From the NCBI GenBank assembly GCA_034432395.1, contig DAOUBU010000109.1:5509-69508 (forward strand): a stretch of 64,000 nucleotides of DNA. Reading direction: 5' to 3'. Made by a program: the position numbers and the translations under genes. The notes under the pieces were generated by a model, which did no database searches, was not told the DNA's origin, and was given only the letters and a program-made list of their open reading frames with translations. Shown here piece by piece: positions 42,956 through 52,291 of this stretch. The stretch's first letter is position 1, and each line of letters begins with the position of its first letter. The DNA is from Anaerolineae bacterium. GTDB lineage: Bacteria; Chloroflexota; Anaerolineae; Aggregatilineales; Phototrophicaceae.

Positions 42956-44866
42956 CTACTCAACCTCACCGATCCGCTCGGCCTGATCGAGGTTGTCGCG
43001 GGTGATCATGATCGGTTCCAGCAGCACCAGCGGGTTGGCATCGTAGGCGCAGCCGCGCGCGTTGAGCGTCGCGATGCGGACGGCGATGCGGCTCTGGCCG
43101 CCGGGGAACTGCTCGATCGTGCCGGCCAGCCCGCCATCGCGGACGCTGGCGAGCGCTTCCGGCAGCGCGTCGAAGCCGAAAATGGCGATCTGATCCTGCA
43201 GGCCGGCGGCGATGACGGCCTCCAGCGCGCCCAGCGCCATATCGTCGTTGGCGGCGATGATGACATCCGGCGGCGTATCCAGACCGGCCAGACCGGCTTC
43301 CGTCACCGCCAGACCCTGATCGCGGCGGAAGTTGGCCGTCTGCTCAAAGACGATCGGGTAGCGGTCGGCCACCGGGTCAAGGACGTTGTGCACGCCCTGA
43401 TTGCGGTCGATAGCCGGGCCAGCGCCGGGCTGCCCCTGCAGGTGCATGATGCGCGCGCCGTTCGGGAACATGGCCATGACGGTCTCGGCCTGGATCTCGC
43501 CACCGCGCACATTGTCCGCGCCGACGTGGGCCAGGATGCCGTTCACGCCTTCAGTGCGGCGGTCAATGGTGACGACCGGGATGCCCGAGTCGATCGCGTC
43601 CTGAAGCGCCGGGGCGATGGCCGCGACCTCGATCGGCGAGATCACGATGCCATCCACGCCCTGGATGATCGCCGCTTCGACGTCGGCGGTCTGCTTGCCG
43701 GTGTCGTTCTGGCCATCGGTCTGGATCAGCGTGATGTTGCCGATCGCCTCAGCTTCCGCCGCGATCTGGTTCTGCATGTGGACGAAGAACGGGAAGGCCA
43801 GATCGGGCAGCGACGACGCCAGCGTGATCGGCGTGTCGTTCGGGCAGGCGGCGATGGCATCCGCGTATTCATTGACGGTCGCCAGCGGCGGCGTCGGGGT
43901 GGGTTCGCCCATCACCTCGCCGATGCGCTCGGCTTCCATGATGTTGTCCGCCGTGATCATGCGCGGTTCCAGCAGCACCAGGCTGCTCTCCGGCTCGACG
44001 CCATTGCGGATGAAATCGACCAGCACGTTGAGCGCTTCACGGCTCTGGCCGCCAGGGAACTGTTCGATCGTGCCGGTCAGGCCGCCGTTCTGCACCGCCA
44101 GCAGCGCTTCCGGCAGGGCGTCGAAGCCGAAGATGGCGATCTGATCCTGCAGGCCCGCCGCCATGACGGCTTCCATCGCGCCCAGCGCCATATCGTCGTT
44201 GGCGGCGATGATGACATCCGGCGGCGAATCCAGACCGACCAGACCGGCTTCCGTCACCGATTGCCCTTCCACACGATTGAAGTTGGCCGTCTGCTCGAAG
44301 ACGATCGGGTAGCGGTCAGCCACCGGGTCGAGGACGTTGTGCACGCCCGCGTTGCGATCGATGGCGGGGCCAGCGCCGGGCTGCCCCTGCAGATGCAGGA
44401 TCGTCGCGCCGTCCGGGAACATCGCCAGCACGGTTTCGGCCTGGATCTCGCCGCCGCGCACATTGTCCGCGCCGACGTGGGCCAGGATGCCATCGACGCC
44501 TTCGATGCGGCGGTCGATCGTGACGACCGGGATGCCGGCGTTGATCGCTTCCTGAATGACTGGAGCGAGCGTGGCCACATCGAGCGGGGCGATCAGGATC
44601 CCATCCACCCCTTGAATGATCGCCGCTTCGACATCACCGGTCTGTTTGACCGAGTCGTTTTCACCATCGGCCTCGATCAATTCCAGGCCGCCGATCGCCT
44701 CGGCTTCGGCGCGAATCTGATTGAGCATGTGGACGAAGAACGGGAACTCCAGGCTGGGCAGCGAAACCAGCAATCGCAGCGGCTGATCCTGCGCCATGAC
44801 GGGAGCGGACAGGGTCAGCGCCAGCAGGGAGACGACGAGCAGAAGCAGATTGAGACGCTTTTTCAT
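42956..44866 (-). CDS. Sugar ABC transporter substrate-binding protein made of two tandem RbsB/PBP-type-I domains
   Basis: Trimmed to the ATG at 44866 (MKKRLNLLLLVVSLLALTLSAPVMAQ). There are two approximately 290-aa units, each with FPFFVHM...GIPVVTIDRR...ILAHVGADNVRGGEIQAE...IIAANDDMALGA...FGFDALPEAL...GTIEQFPGGQSR, joined by a PTPTPP linker. Confidence 0.88.
   Translation of the reverse strand: MKKRLNLLLLVVSLLALTLSAPVMAQDQPLRLLVSLPSLEFPFFVHMLNQIRAEAEAIGGLELIEADGENDSVKQTGDVEAAIIQGVDGILIAPLDVATLAPVIQEAINAGIPVVTIDRRIEGVDGILAHVGADNVRGGEIQAETVLAMFPDGATILHLQGQPGAGPAIDRNAGVHNVLDPVADRYPIVFEQTANFNRVEGQSVTEAGLVGLDSPPDVIIAANDDMALGAMEAVMAAGLQDQIAIFGFDALPEALLAVQNGGLTGTIEQFPGGQSREALNVLVDFIRNGVEPESSLVLLEPRMITADNIMEAERIGEVMGEPTPTPPLATVNEYADAIAACPNDTPITLASSLPDLAFPFFVHMQNQIAAEAEAIGNITLIQTDGQNDTGKQTADVEAAIIQGVDGIVISPIEVAAIAPALQDAIDSGIPVVTIDRRTEGVNGILAHVGADNVRGGEIQAETVMAMFPNGARIMHLQGQPGAGPAIDRNQGVHNVLDPVADRYPIVFEQTANFRRDQGLAVTEAGLAGLDTPPDVIIAANDDMALGALEAVIAAGLQDQIAIFGFDALPEALASVRDGGLAGTIEQFPGGQSRIAVRIATLNARGCAYDANPLVLLEPIMITRDNLDQAERIGEVE
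42962..44779. repeat. Intragenic tandem duplication (two approximately 867-nt copies, offset 951 nt = 317 codons)
   Basis: Copy 1 is about 43913-44779 and copy 2 about 42962-43828. Long stretches are near-identical at the DNA level, for example CATATCGTCGTTGGCGGCGATGATGACATCCGGCGG and GAAGATGGCGATCTGATCCTGCAGGCC. Protein identity between the halves is roughly 75% by eye. Confidence 0.9.
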
Positions 44867-45007
44867 GAATCTGTCCTCCAAAGGCAAAAGATTCTCTATC
44901 CAGACAAAACGGGAGCGGAACACAACACACCGGATGCTGCCTGCGCACCTCCTTGACTTGAGCCGGACTCAGGCGATACCGCGCTGTCGTGGGCGCGGGC
45001 GGGCGCA

Positions 45008-46042
45008 TCAGCGCCGCCGCGACTTGATGAAGCGGTCGAAGCCCACCGCCAGCACGATGATCACGCCGATGATGATCTGCTGCACATAGGACGACACGTT
45101 CATGAGCACCAGACCGTTGATGAGCACGCCGATCAGCATCGCGCCGATCAGCGTGCCGAGCACGCTGCCTTCACCGCCGAACAGGCTCGTCCCGCCGATG
45201 ACGACAGAAGCGATGACGCGCAGCTCGTAGCCATCCCCGGCCACCGCCTCCGACGAGTTCAACTGGGAGGACAGCACGAACCCGGCCAGCCCGGCGAAGA
45301 AACCGACGATGACGTAAACGCTGAGCACCAGCCAGCGGACGTTGAGGCCGCTCAGGCGCGCCGCCTCCGGGTTGCCGCCGACCGCGTAGATATGCCGCCC
45401 GTAGCGGGTATACGTCAGCACGACGTGGGCCAGCAGGGCGAAGCCGAGGAAGATCAGCACCGAGACGGGGATGCCGTTCTGATCGGGGATGCGCGCGCTG
45501 CCCCAGAACCGGTAGGCTTCATCGAAGCCGCTGATCGGGCCGCCGTTGGACAGGATCAGCGTCGCCCCGCGGAAGATCGACATGCCGCCCAGCGTGACGA
45601 CGAACGCCGGGATGGCGAAGCGCGTGATGACGAACCCCTGGATCAGCCCGCACAACGAACCGACGATCATCGCGCCAGCGGCGGCGGCGGCCACGCCGTA
45701 ACCGGCGGTTTCCTCAGCATTGAGCGTCAGCGTATTCTGATTGCCTCCTTTGAAGATGACCGCCGCCACCATCCCGGCCAGCGCCAGGATCGAGCCGACC
45801 GACAGATCGATGCCGCCGGTCAGGATGACGAACGTCATGCCGATGGCGATCATGCCGGTGATGGCCACCTGGCGCATCACGTTGAACAGATTGCGCGGGT
45901 TCAAAAAGTTCGGCTGAAGCGTGGCGAAAATGACGATCAGGATGATCAGGAAGATCAGCGGGGCGAACTGGCCGATCAGGGCCAGCGTGTCGCGTTTTTT
46001 GACCGGCGTGCCGGTTCTGGCAGAAGCGGTGTGTGCAGTCAT
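45008..46042 (-). CDS. Ribose/simple-sugar ABC transporter permease (RbsC-like)
   Basis: Polytopic BPD_transp_2-type sequence with GGIDLSVGSILALAG. The ATG at 46042 is preferred over the TTG at 46063. Confidence 0.88.
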   Translation of the reverse strand: MTAHTASARTGTPVKKRDTLALIGQFAPLIFLIILIVIFATLQPNFLNPRNLFNVMRQVAITGMIAIGMTFVILTGGIDLSVGSILALAGMVAAVIFKGGNQNTLTLNAEETAGYGVAAAAAGAMIVGSLCGLIQGFVITRFAIPAFVVTLGGMSIFRGATLILSNGGPISGFDEAYRFWGSARIPDQNGIPVSVLIFLGFALLAHVVLTYTRYGRHIYAVGGNPEAARLSGLNVRWLVLSVYVIVGFFAGLAGFVLSSQLNSSEAVAGDGYELRVIASVVIGGTSLFGGEGSVLGTLIGAMLIGVLINGLVLMNVSSYVQQIIIGVIIVLAVGFDRFIKSRRR

Positions 46043-46166
46043 GAACAACCAGTCCTTTATCAATCAGCAGCAGTCAGCCAAACGAGCAGTACTTTTTTGA
46101 GCGCTTCAATATCCGGGCGGCCCATCGGGCGCGCTGCCGCCCGCCCCGAACCGATCCCGGCCTCGA

Positions 46167-47690
46167 TCATCCTGCCTGTTCCAGCGTCATCAGGCGCATC
46201 AGCGTTTCTTCGGTGGCGTCAGCGCGCTGGATCTCCCCGGTGATCCGCCCCTCGCGCATGGTGAGAATGCGATCGCTCATGCCCAGGATCTCCGGCAGCT
46301 CGGACGAGATCATGATCACGGCGATCCCCTGTTCAGCCAGTTGATGCAGCAGCCCGTGAACTTCCGCTTTGGCCCCGACGTCGATCCCGCGCGTCGGCTC
46401 ATCGACGATCAGCACCCTGGGTTTGAGCGCCAGCCAGCGCGCGATGATCACCTTCTGCTGGTTGCCGCCGCTCAGGTTGACGATCCGCTGTTCCGCCGAC
46501 GCCATGCGGATGTTGAGCTTGCGCTGGTATTCGGTCACCAGCGCGCGTTCCTGCCCCCGGCGGATGAAGCCGCCCGGCCCGGTCAGCGCGCCCAGCGCCG
46601 CCATGCTCAGGTTTTCGCGCACGGCCATGACCAGGAACAGCCCCTGCTGCTTGCGATCTTCCGGGACGAGGCCGATGCCGTGGTGGATGGCATCGGCGGG
46701 GGAGCGGATCTCGACCGGCACGCCATCGATGGCGATCGTGCCGGAATTGCGCGCATCGGCCCCGAAGATGGCGCGCGCCAGTTCGGTGCGCCCGGCCCCG
46801 ACCAGCCCGGCGATCCCCAGGATTTCGCCTTCATAGACGGCAAAGCTGATATCCTCCAGCACCGTCGCCGAGGGATCGCGCACGTTGCCGCGCCGGCTCA
46901 GGCCGGTCACGCGCAGCACCTCCCGCCCGCGTCCGCGCGGGGCATGGCTGTACTGATCGTCGATATCGCGGCCCACCATCATGCGGATGATGTCGTTCTC
47001 GGTCACATCGGCGACGTCCGCCTCACCGGCGTTGCGCCCGTCGCGCAGCACGGTGATCCGGTCGCAGATCGTCTTGACCTCTTCCAGCCGATGGGACACG
47101 AAGATGACGCTGATGCCCTGCGCCTTGAGGTCGCGGATGATGCCGAACAGGCGCTGCACTTCATGCTCGCTGAGGGCGGACGTCGGTTCGTCCATGATGA
47201 TCAGGCGCGACTGCACCGACAGCGCGCGCGCGATCTCGACGAGCTGCTGCTCTGCCACGCTCAGATCGCGCACCAGCGTCGTCGGATCCAGATCGACGCC
47301 GAGCTGATCGGTCAGCCGGCGCGTCTGACGGCGCATCTCGCCCCAGGCGATCAGCCCGCCGCGGCCATGCTCGCGCCCGATGAAGACATTTTCGGCGATC
47401 GACAGGCTGGGCACGAGCGTGAATTCCTGATAGATCGTCACAATGCCGAGCTGGCGCGAAGCGACCGGGTTTTCGATCGTGACCGGGCGGCCCTCGAACA
47501 GGATCGTCCCGCCGTCCGGGTGGTACGCGCCAGAGAGCATCTTGATCAGCGTCGATTTGCCCGCGCCATTTTCGCCCAGCAGCCCGTGGACTTCGCCGCG
47601 TTTCACCGTCAGCGAGACGTCATCCAGCGCCAGCACGCCGGGGAAACGCTTGGTCAACCCGCGGATGACGAGCAGATCGTCCATCGTCAC
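46167..47690 (-). CDS. Sugar ABC transporter ATP-binding protein (duplicated ABC domains, RbsA-like)
   Basis: Two Walker A motifs (GENGAGKST, GLVGAGRTE) and two signature motifs (LSVAEQQLVE, LSGGNQQKV). 507 aa. Confidence 0.92.
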   Translation of the reverse strand: MTMDDLLVIRGLTKRFPGVLALDDVSLTVKRGEVHGLLGENGAGKSTLIKMLSGAYHPDGGTILFEGRPVTIENPVASRQLGIVTIYQEFTLVPSLSIAENVFIGREHGRGGLIAWGEMRRQTRRLTDQLGVDLDPTTLVRDLSVAEQQLVEIARALSVQSRLIIMDEPTSALSEHEVQRLFGIIRDLKAQGISVIFVSHRLEEVKTICDRITVLRDGRNAGEADVADVTENDIIRMMVGRDIDDQYSHAPRGRGREVLRVTGLSRRGNVRDPSATVLEDISFAVYEGEILGIAGLVGAGRTELARAIFGADARNSGTIAIDGVPVEIRSPADAIHHGIGLVPEDRKQQGLFLVMAVRENLSMAALGALTGPGGFIRRGQERALVTEYQRKLNIRMASAEQRIVNLSGGNQQKVIIARWLALKPRVLIVDEPTRGIDVGAKAEVHGLLHQLAEQGIAVIMISSELPEILGMSDRILTMREGRITGEIQRADATEETLMRLMTLEQAG

Positions 47691-48709
47691 ACTGTCCTTT
47701 CAGGGGGGGCGGCGGTCGAGTGACGCACGATCAGCGTCGGCTCCAGCGTCACCTGGGTCGGCCCTTCATGGCGCTGGTGGATCAGATCGAGCAGCAGATC
47801 GATGCCCGCGCGCGCCATCTCGCGCAGCGGCTGGCGCACGGTCGTCAGCGTCGGCTGGATGTAAGCGCCGACTTCGATATCGTCCACGCCGACGATCGAG
47901 AGATCGTCGGGGCAGCTCAGGCCGGCTTCATCCAGGGCGTGCATCGCGCCGATGGCGAGCAGGTCGTTGCCAGCGAAGATCGCCGTGGGCGGATCGCCTT
48001 CCGCCAGCAAACTGCGCATCTGACGGTAGCCATCCTCGCAGTTCCAGGCGGTGCTCGATTGATCGACGCGCTCGTAAGTCAGACCGAATTCGTGCAGCGC
48101 CTGCCGGTAACCCTCGGCGCGTTCGCGCGCGCCGCGCACGGTCAGCGGGCCGGCCAGATGTGCGATCCGACGGTGTCCCAGTTCGCACAGGTGGCGCGTC
48201 GCCAGCAGGCCGACCTGGAAGTTGTTCAGCGCGCACGACGGCCCGGTGTAGCCATCGGGCACGCGGTCGATCACCACGGTGGGGATCGTCAGTTCGGTGA
48301 AGGTGCTGTCGAACGGCTGGGCGGCGGCGATCGGCGCGATCAGCAGGCCGTCGATCAACCGGTTGGTCGCCCGGCGGATCGACTCGGTCTGGCGCTGAAA
48401 ATCCTCGTGGCTGCTGAAGATGATGACGCTGTAGTGGTGTTCCTGGGCGATATCCTCCACCACGTTGACGATGTCGCCGAAGTACGGGTTGGACAAGTAG
48501 GGGACGATGAACCCGATCGTCTGCATCTGGCCGGTGCGCAGGCCCTGCGCGATCGGGTGGGGCGAGTAGCGCAGTTCGCGGATCGCTTCCTGAACTTTCT
48601 GGCGCGTCTCCTCGGCGATGTACGGCCACCCGCGCACCACATTCGATACGGTGGTGACCGAGACTCCGGCGAACTGAGCGACATCTTTCAGCGTAACGCG
48701 GTTCTTCAT
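47687..48709 (-). CDS. LacI-family transcriptional regulator
   Basis: N-terminal HTH VTLKDVAQFAGVSVTTVSNVVRG and a periplasmic-binding-protein-like effector domain. 4-nt overlap with the ATPase gene. Confidence 0.9.
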   Translation of the reverse strand: MKNRVTLKDVAQFAGVSVTTVSNVVRGWPYIAEETRQKVQEAIRELRYSPHPIAQGLRTGQMQTIGFIVPYLSNPYFGDIVNVVEDIAQEHHYSVIIFSSHEDFQRQTESIRRATNRLIDGLLIAPIAAAQPFDSTFTELTIPTVVIDRVPDGYTGPSCALNNFQVGLLATRHLCELGHRRIAHLAGPLTVRGARERAEGYRQALHEFGLTYERVDQSSTAWNCEDGYRQMRSLLAEGDPPTAIFAGNDLLAIGAMHALDEAGLSCPDDLSIVGVDDIEVGAYIQPTLTTVRQPLREMARAGIDLLLDLIHQRHEGPTQVTLEPTLIVRHSTAAPPERTV

Positions 48710-48826
48710 GATGTCTGTCTCTTCAGAAAAGGCGAAATATTTAACGTTTCACATTTGATCTGATTGTAGCCTGAATGCGCCGTGCGAGTCAACAGGATGC
48801 GCGCGCGGGAAGGGTCGAAATCGCGC

Positions 48827-49519
48827 CTAGTTCCCTATCCGGAACAGGCTGAGCGTCGCGCCGAAGGTGAGCACATCGCCATCGCGCAGCGCCCGGCCTT
48901 TCTCGGTGACCGGCGTGCCGTTGACGAACGTGCCGTTGGCGCTGCCCAGATCGCTGAGCACCCAGGTCCCGTCGATCAGCTCGAGCCGGGCATGCGGGCG
49001 TGAGACCGATGGATCCTGCAGCGAGATCTCCCAATCGGCTTTGCTGGTCGCCCGGCCGATCGTGACGCGCGCCGTGAGCAGCGGGATGATGTTGCCCTCC
49101 TGCGGGCCGTTGGTGATCAGCAGGTGCGCCCGCCCGGTCGGCGACGTCGCGGTGATCTGCGTGCGCTGTTCACCCGTCCCGGTGCTGACGGCGGCATCCG
49201 GGGTGTAGGCTTCAAAGCGCAGCTCCGGCACGTACAGGCGGATGACGTCGCCTGCCGTCAGCGGATACGGCTCGGTGATGCGCTGGTCGTTGACGTAGAC
49301 GCCGTTGACGCTGCCCAGATCGGTGATCATGAAGACGCCGTCGCGGTAGTTGATGACCGCGTGCTGCCGCGAGACATGCTGCTCGCGGATCGAGATATCG
49401 CACGTCTCCAGGCGTCCGATGGTGACGGTTGCGCCTTCAGCCAGCAGAAACTCGTAGGTTGCGCCGCTGGTCGGATCGTCCCACGTCACTCTGGCCAGAT
49501 ACTGCGGTTCTGTGTTCAT
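48827..49519 (-). CDS. Protein with two FHA domains
   Basis: Two units: VTIGRLETCDISIREQHVSRQHAVINYRDGVFMITDLGSVNGVYVND and VTIGRATSKADWEISLQDPSVSRPHARLELIDGTWVLSDLGSANGTFVNG. Confidence 0.88.
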   Translation of the reverse strand: MNTEPQYLARVTWDDPTSGATYEFLLAEGATVTIGRLETCDISIREQHVSRQHAVINYRDGVFMITDLGSVNGVYVNDQRITEPYPLTAGDVIRLYVPELRFEAYTPDAAVSTGTGEQRTQITATSPTGRAHLLITNGPQEGNIIPLLTARVTIGRATSKADWEISLQDPSVSRPHARLELIDGTWVLSDLGSANGTFVNGTPVTEKGRALRDGDVLTFGATLSLFRIGN

Positions 49520-49598
49520 AGCGATTCGCTGTTCCTCATTTCGCCGATGCTGCGCCAGCGCTCCGGATCGATGGGCCGGCTGCGCACCCGGTCAACGC

Positions 49599-50546
49599 CT
49601 ATTCCAGCCGCCGCCGATCGGACTGGGTGCTCTGCTGCAGGGTGTGCAGCGCGCGTTCGGTCTCGCTCAGGCGCGGATGCCAGTCCGCCAGGATCGGATC
49701 GACCGGCTGGGTGACCGTGCCGCCGCGCAGATCGCGGGCGATCCAGGTCACGCTGGAGGGATCGAGCCACGCCGCCAGGTCGATCTGCACGGCTGTCGCG
49801 CCCGCCTGCAGATAGTCGCGCGCATCCTGCGGCGTGCGGATGCCGCCTGCTGCGACGATCGGCACGTCGATGACGCGCGTCATCTGCCCGACCTGGCGCA
49901 GGATGAGCGGATGGATCAGCGAACTGTACAGCCGGCCACCGACCAGCCGGCCCGCCCCATCGCGCGCGGTGCCGCGCGGCGGCGCGCTGACCACCAGCCC
50001 GCCCGCGCCCGCCTCGATGACCGCCCGCGCGTACTCGATGCCTGCGCCGAACGGCAGGCGGGCGATCAACGGCTTTTCGGCCTGATCGGCGGCGGCGCGC
50101 ACCAGGGCGGCGGCCTCATCGGCGCTGGCATCATCGTGCAGGCCGATCTCCACCCCGGCGACGACCTCTTCTTCTTCCAGCCGCGCCAGACAGCGGCGCA
50201 CGTCGTCCGGCGCGCTGGCGATGATGTGGACGATCACCGGGATGCCCAGCCGTTCCCAGGTGTTGCGCTGCGTCAGACAGACCTTGTTCAGGCCGGGGTT
50301 GGGCAGGCCGGTATGCACCAGCAGACCGTGATCGAGCGGCACGACGCGCGTGCCGTTGGCCGGGCCGCGCGGGGCCAGCGAGACCGGGTTGGTGACGAAC
50401 GCGCCCAGTTTGGTGAAGTCGATCAGCCCGGCGTATTCATCGCCGAAGCCGAAGATGCCGGCGGCGTTCATCACCGGCGCATCGAGCGCCAGGCTGTGCT
50501 TGTCCCCGCGCGTGATCGGGTAGGTGCGGTCGGTGCGGTCGATCAT
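49599..50546 (-). CDS. Dihydroorotate dehydrogenase (class 1B catalytic subunit)-like TIM-barrel protein with degenerate active-site motifs
   Basis: Trimmed to the ATG at 50546. The PyrD-like framework is retained (LDAPVMNAAGIFGFGDEY, GLPNPGL, PIVAAGGIRTPQDARDYLQAGATAVQI). Where class 1B enzymes have ..ELN(I/L)SCPN.. this protein has VEIGLHDDAS. Confidence 0.6.
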   Translation of the reverse strand: MIDRTDRTYPITRGDKHSLALDAPVMNAAGIFGFGDEYAGLIDFTKLGAFVTNPVSLAPRGPANGTRVVPLDHGLLVHTGLPNPGLNKVCLTQRNTWERLGIPVIVHIIASAPDDVRRCLARLEEEEVVAGVEIGLHDDASADEAAALVRAAADQAEKPLIARLPFGAGIEYARAVIEAGAGGLVVSAPPRGTARDGAGRLVGGRLYSSLIHPLILRQVGQMTRVIDVPIVAAGGIRTPQDARDYLQAGATAVQIDLAAWLDPSSVTWIARDLRGGTVTQPVDPILADWHPRLSETERALHTLQQSTQSDRRRLE

Positions 50547-50562
50547 CGGACGCTCTCGTTCA

Positions 50563-51294
50563 TCACAGACTGACTTCACCGAGGTCGAAGGCGGGGCCGT
50601 CGGCGCAGGCCAGCATGTACGCGCCGCCGCGCCCTTTGACCATGCAGGCGGAGCAGGCCCCTACCCCGCAGGGCAGCGGCGGGCGGAAGACGCCGAACAG
50701 ATAATTCGACGGCACGTCCGCGCGCAGCGACCTGAACAGCTCCCAGATGCGGCTGAACTGCGCCAGTTCATCCAGCGGGTTGACGACGGCGAACACCTGA
50801 TCGGCCCAGCCGACTGTGGTGACGCGGTTGGGGAAATTGAGATCGGCATCGCCGCGCACGATCTCGACTTCCGGGGCCAGATGTTCGGTGCTGTAATCCG
50901 CCGCCGATCCCAGCAGCACCAGGGTGACGCTGCTCTTCTGATTCAGCAGATGCGAGATGGTGAACAGCAGGGGTGTCGGGCTGGTATCGAGGGCCAGCAG
51001 CAGGGCGGCGCGCAGCGTGCGGCGGAAGCGGAACGGTTTGCCGACCGCGCCGATGACATCGACCGTCGTGCCCGGTTCGTAGCGTTCGCGCAGCGGGCGT
51101 TCGATGACGATCGACTGTTTGGCGGCGCTGACCGGCCACCAGACTTCGCGCATCGGCGCCGGGGCGGGGCGCAGCGCCAGCAGCGTCTGGCCCGGCTTGA
51201 TCTGCCCCAGGGAGGGATCGACCGTCAGCGCGAGATGCTGATGCGTCGCGCTCACCTGTTTCACTCGTTCGATTACCGCCTGTGTCTGTCGCAT
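50563..51294 (-). CDS. PyrK-like (DHOD electron-transfer subunit-like) protein retaining the 2Fe-2S cysteine cluster
   Basis: C-terminal PCGVGACSACMV....LACADGPAFDL equals the PyrK-type CxxGxCxxC...C cluster. The flavin motif position reads WWPVS instead of R-P-x-S. The GGGxG nucleotide loop position reads ALDTSPTP. Confidence 0.6.
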   Translation of the reverse strand: MRQTQAVIERVKQVSATHQHLALTVDPSLGQIKPGQTLLALRPAPAPMREVWWPVSAAKQSIVIERPLRERYEPGTTVDVIGAVGKPFRFRRTLRAALLLALDTSPTPLLFTISHLLNQKSSVTLVLLGSAADYSTEHLAPEVEIVRGDADLNFPNRVTTVGWADQVFAVVNPLDELAQFSRIWELFRSLRADVPSNYLFGVFRPPLPCGVGACSACMVKGRGGAYMLACADGPAFDLGEVSL

Positions 51295-51534
51295 GATCCT
51301 GCTGCTGCACCGGTTCAGACTGACACTATCTTACAGCCCGTCGGCGTCGGACGGCAATAGGCGCGGGGCCAGCGCGGTCAAATAGTCAGATCATCGATGA
51401 GACCGGGGCCGCACGCCGGGCGCTGCGCCCCGACAGGGAATTTCGCTCGACAGCGACATCTGCGACTCTGCGGCGTGGCCTGCGTATAGTGAGTCGATAA
51501 AGATCACACTTGCAGACGCCGGGAGTCGTCATCC

Positions 51535-52263
51535 ATGTCCAGCCCATCCCTGCTTGAGCGCCTGTTCATCGCGGTCTTCGGCACTGCCGGGCGCAATTTC
51601 GTCACCCGCGTGACCGACTCGGTCAGCCAGGCTTCCAACCGGTTGAGCGATTTCGTCTACGTGCGCATGTTCGGCCTACCGTTCATCGTCCTGGGGGCGC
51701 GCCAGACCGGCAAGACTACGCTGATCGAGTGGCTGCGCCGCAATGTCACCGCGCTGGGCGAGTTCAACCCGGCCCCCACCGCGCCGGGCGGCGATCCGGT
51801 CGGGTCGTTCAACGCGCACATCGGCGATGAGCGGATACGCCTCAAACCGACGCGCGATGTCGGCGGGGAATACAGCATGTGGGAGACGGACTGGACGGAA
51901 CTGTTCCGCGAGACCACGCCGCGCGGCCTGATCTTCCTGATCGATCACACCGATGTGCTGACGCACAAGGACGCGCTCAATTTCGTCCTCAACCTGATCG
52001 AGGAAGAGGAAGCCGCGCGCCGCAACCTGCGCTCCTTCCTGCTGCTGGTCAACAAATCCGATCTGTGGCAGGCGGGGATGCCGCTCGATAAGCTGATGCT
52101 GCCCTACAGCAACGAGATCAAACGGCTCAACAATCAGGCGGCGCGTCTGGGTTACCGGGTCAAGATCCAGTCCGTCAGCGTCATCAATGGGACGGGCGTC
52201 GATGATGCCATGCGCGCTTTCTTCAATACGATCCGCCCGCTGCCCAGGCCGGGCGTCAGCTAG
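51535..52263 (+). CDS. Small Ras/Arf-like P-loop GTPase with about 45-aa N-terminal extension
   Basis: G1 GARQTGKT, G3 DVGGE, G4 NKSD (LLLVNKSDLW), candidate G5 SVSVINGTG. GGGAG SD upstream. 242 aa. Confidence 0.75.
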   Translation: MSSPSLLERLFIAVFGTAGRNFVTRVTDSVSQASNRLSDFVYVRMFGLPFIVLGARQTGKTTLIEWLRRNVTALGEFNPAPTAPGGDPVGSFNAHIGDERIRLKPTRDVGGEYSMWETDWTELFRETTPRGLIFLIDHTDVLTHKDALNFVLNLIEEEEAARRNLRSFLLLVNKSDLWQAGMPLDKLMLPYSNEIKRLNNQAARLGYRVKIQSVSVINGTGVDDAMRAFFNTIRPLPRPGVS

Positions 52264-52291
52264 CAGCAGGCGCACTGGGAAGGGCGCATCC

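Noticed and set aside
42962-44779. Large direct repeat considered as a possible mobile element, CRISPR-like array or assembly duplication
   Set aside because: There are only two copies, about 867 nt each, in frame within one ORF and encoding two complete binding-protein domains. There are no short spacers, terminal inverted repeats or transposase. It is kept as an intragenic duplication; the assembly-artefact possibility is noted in the finding.
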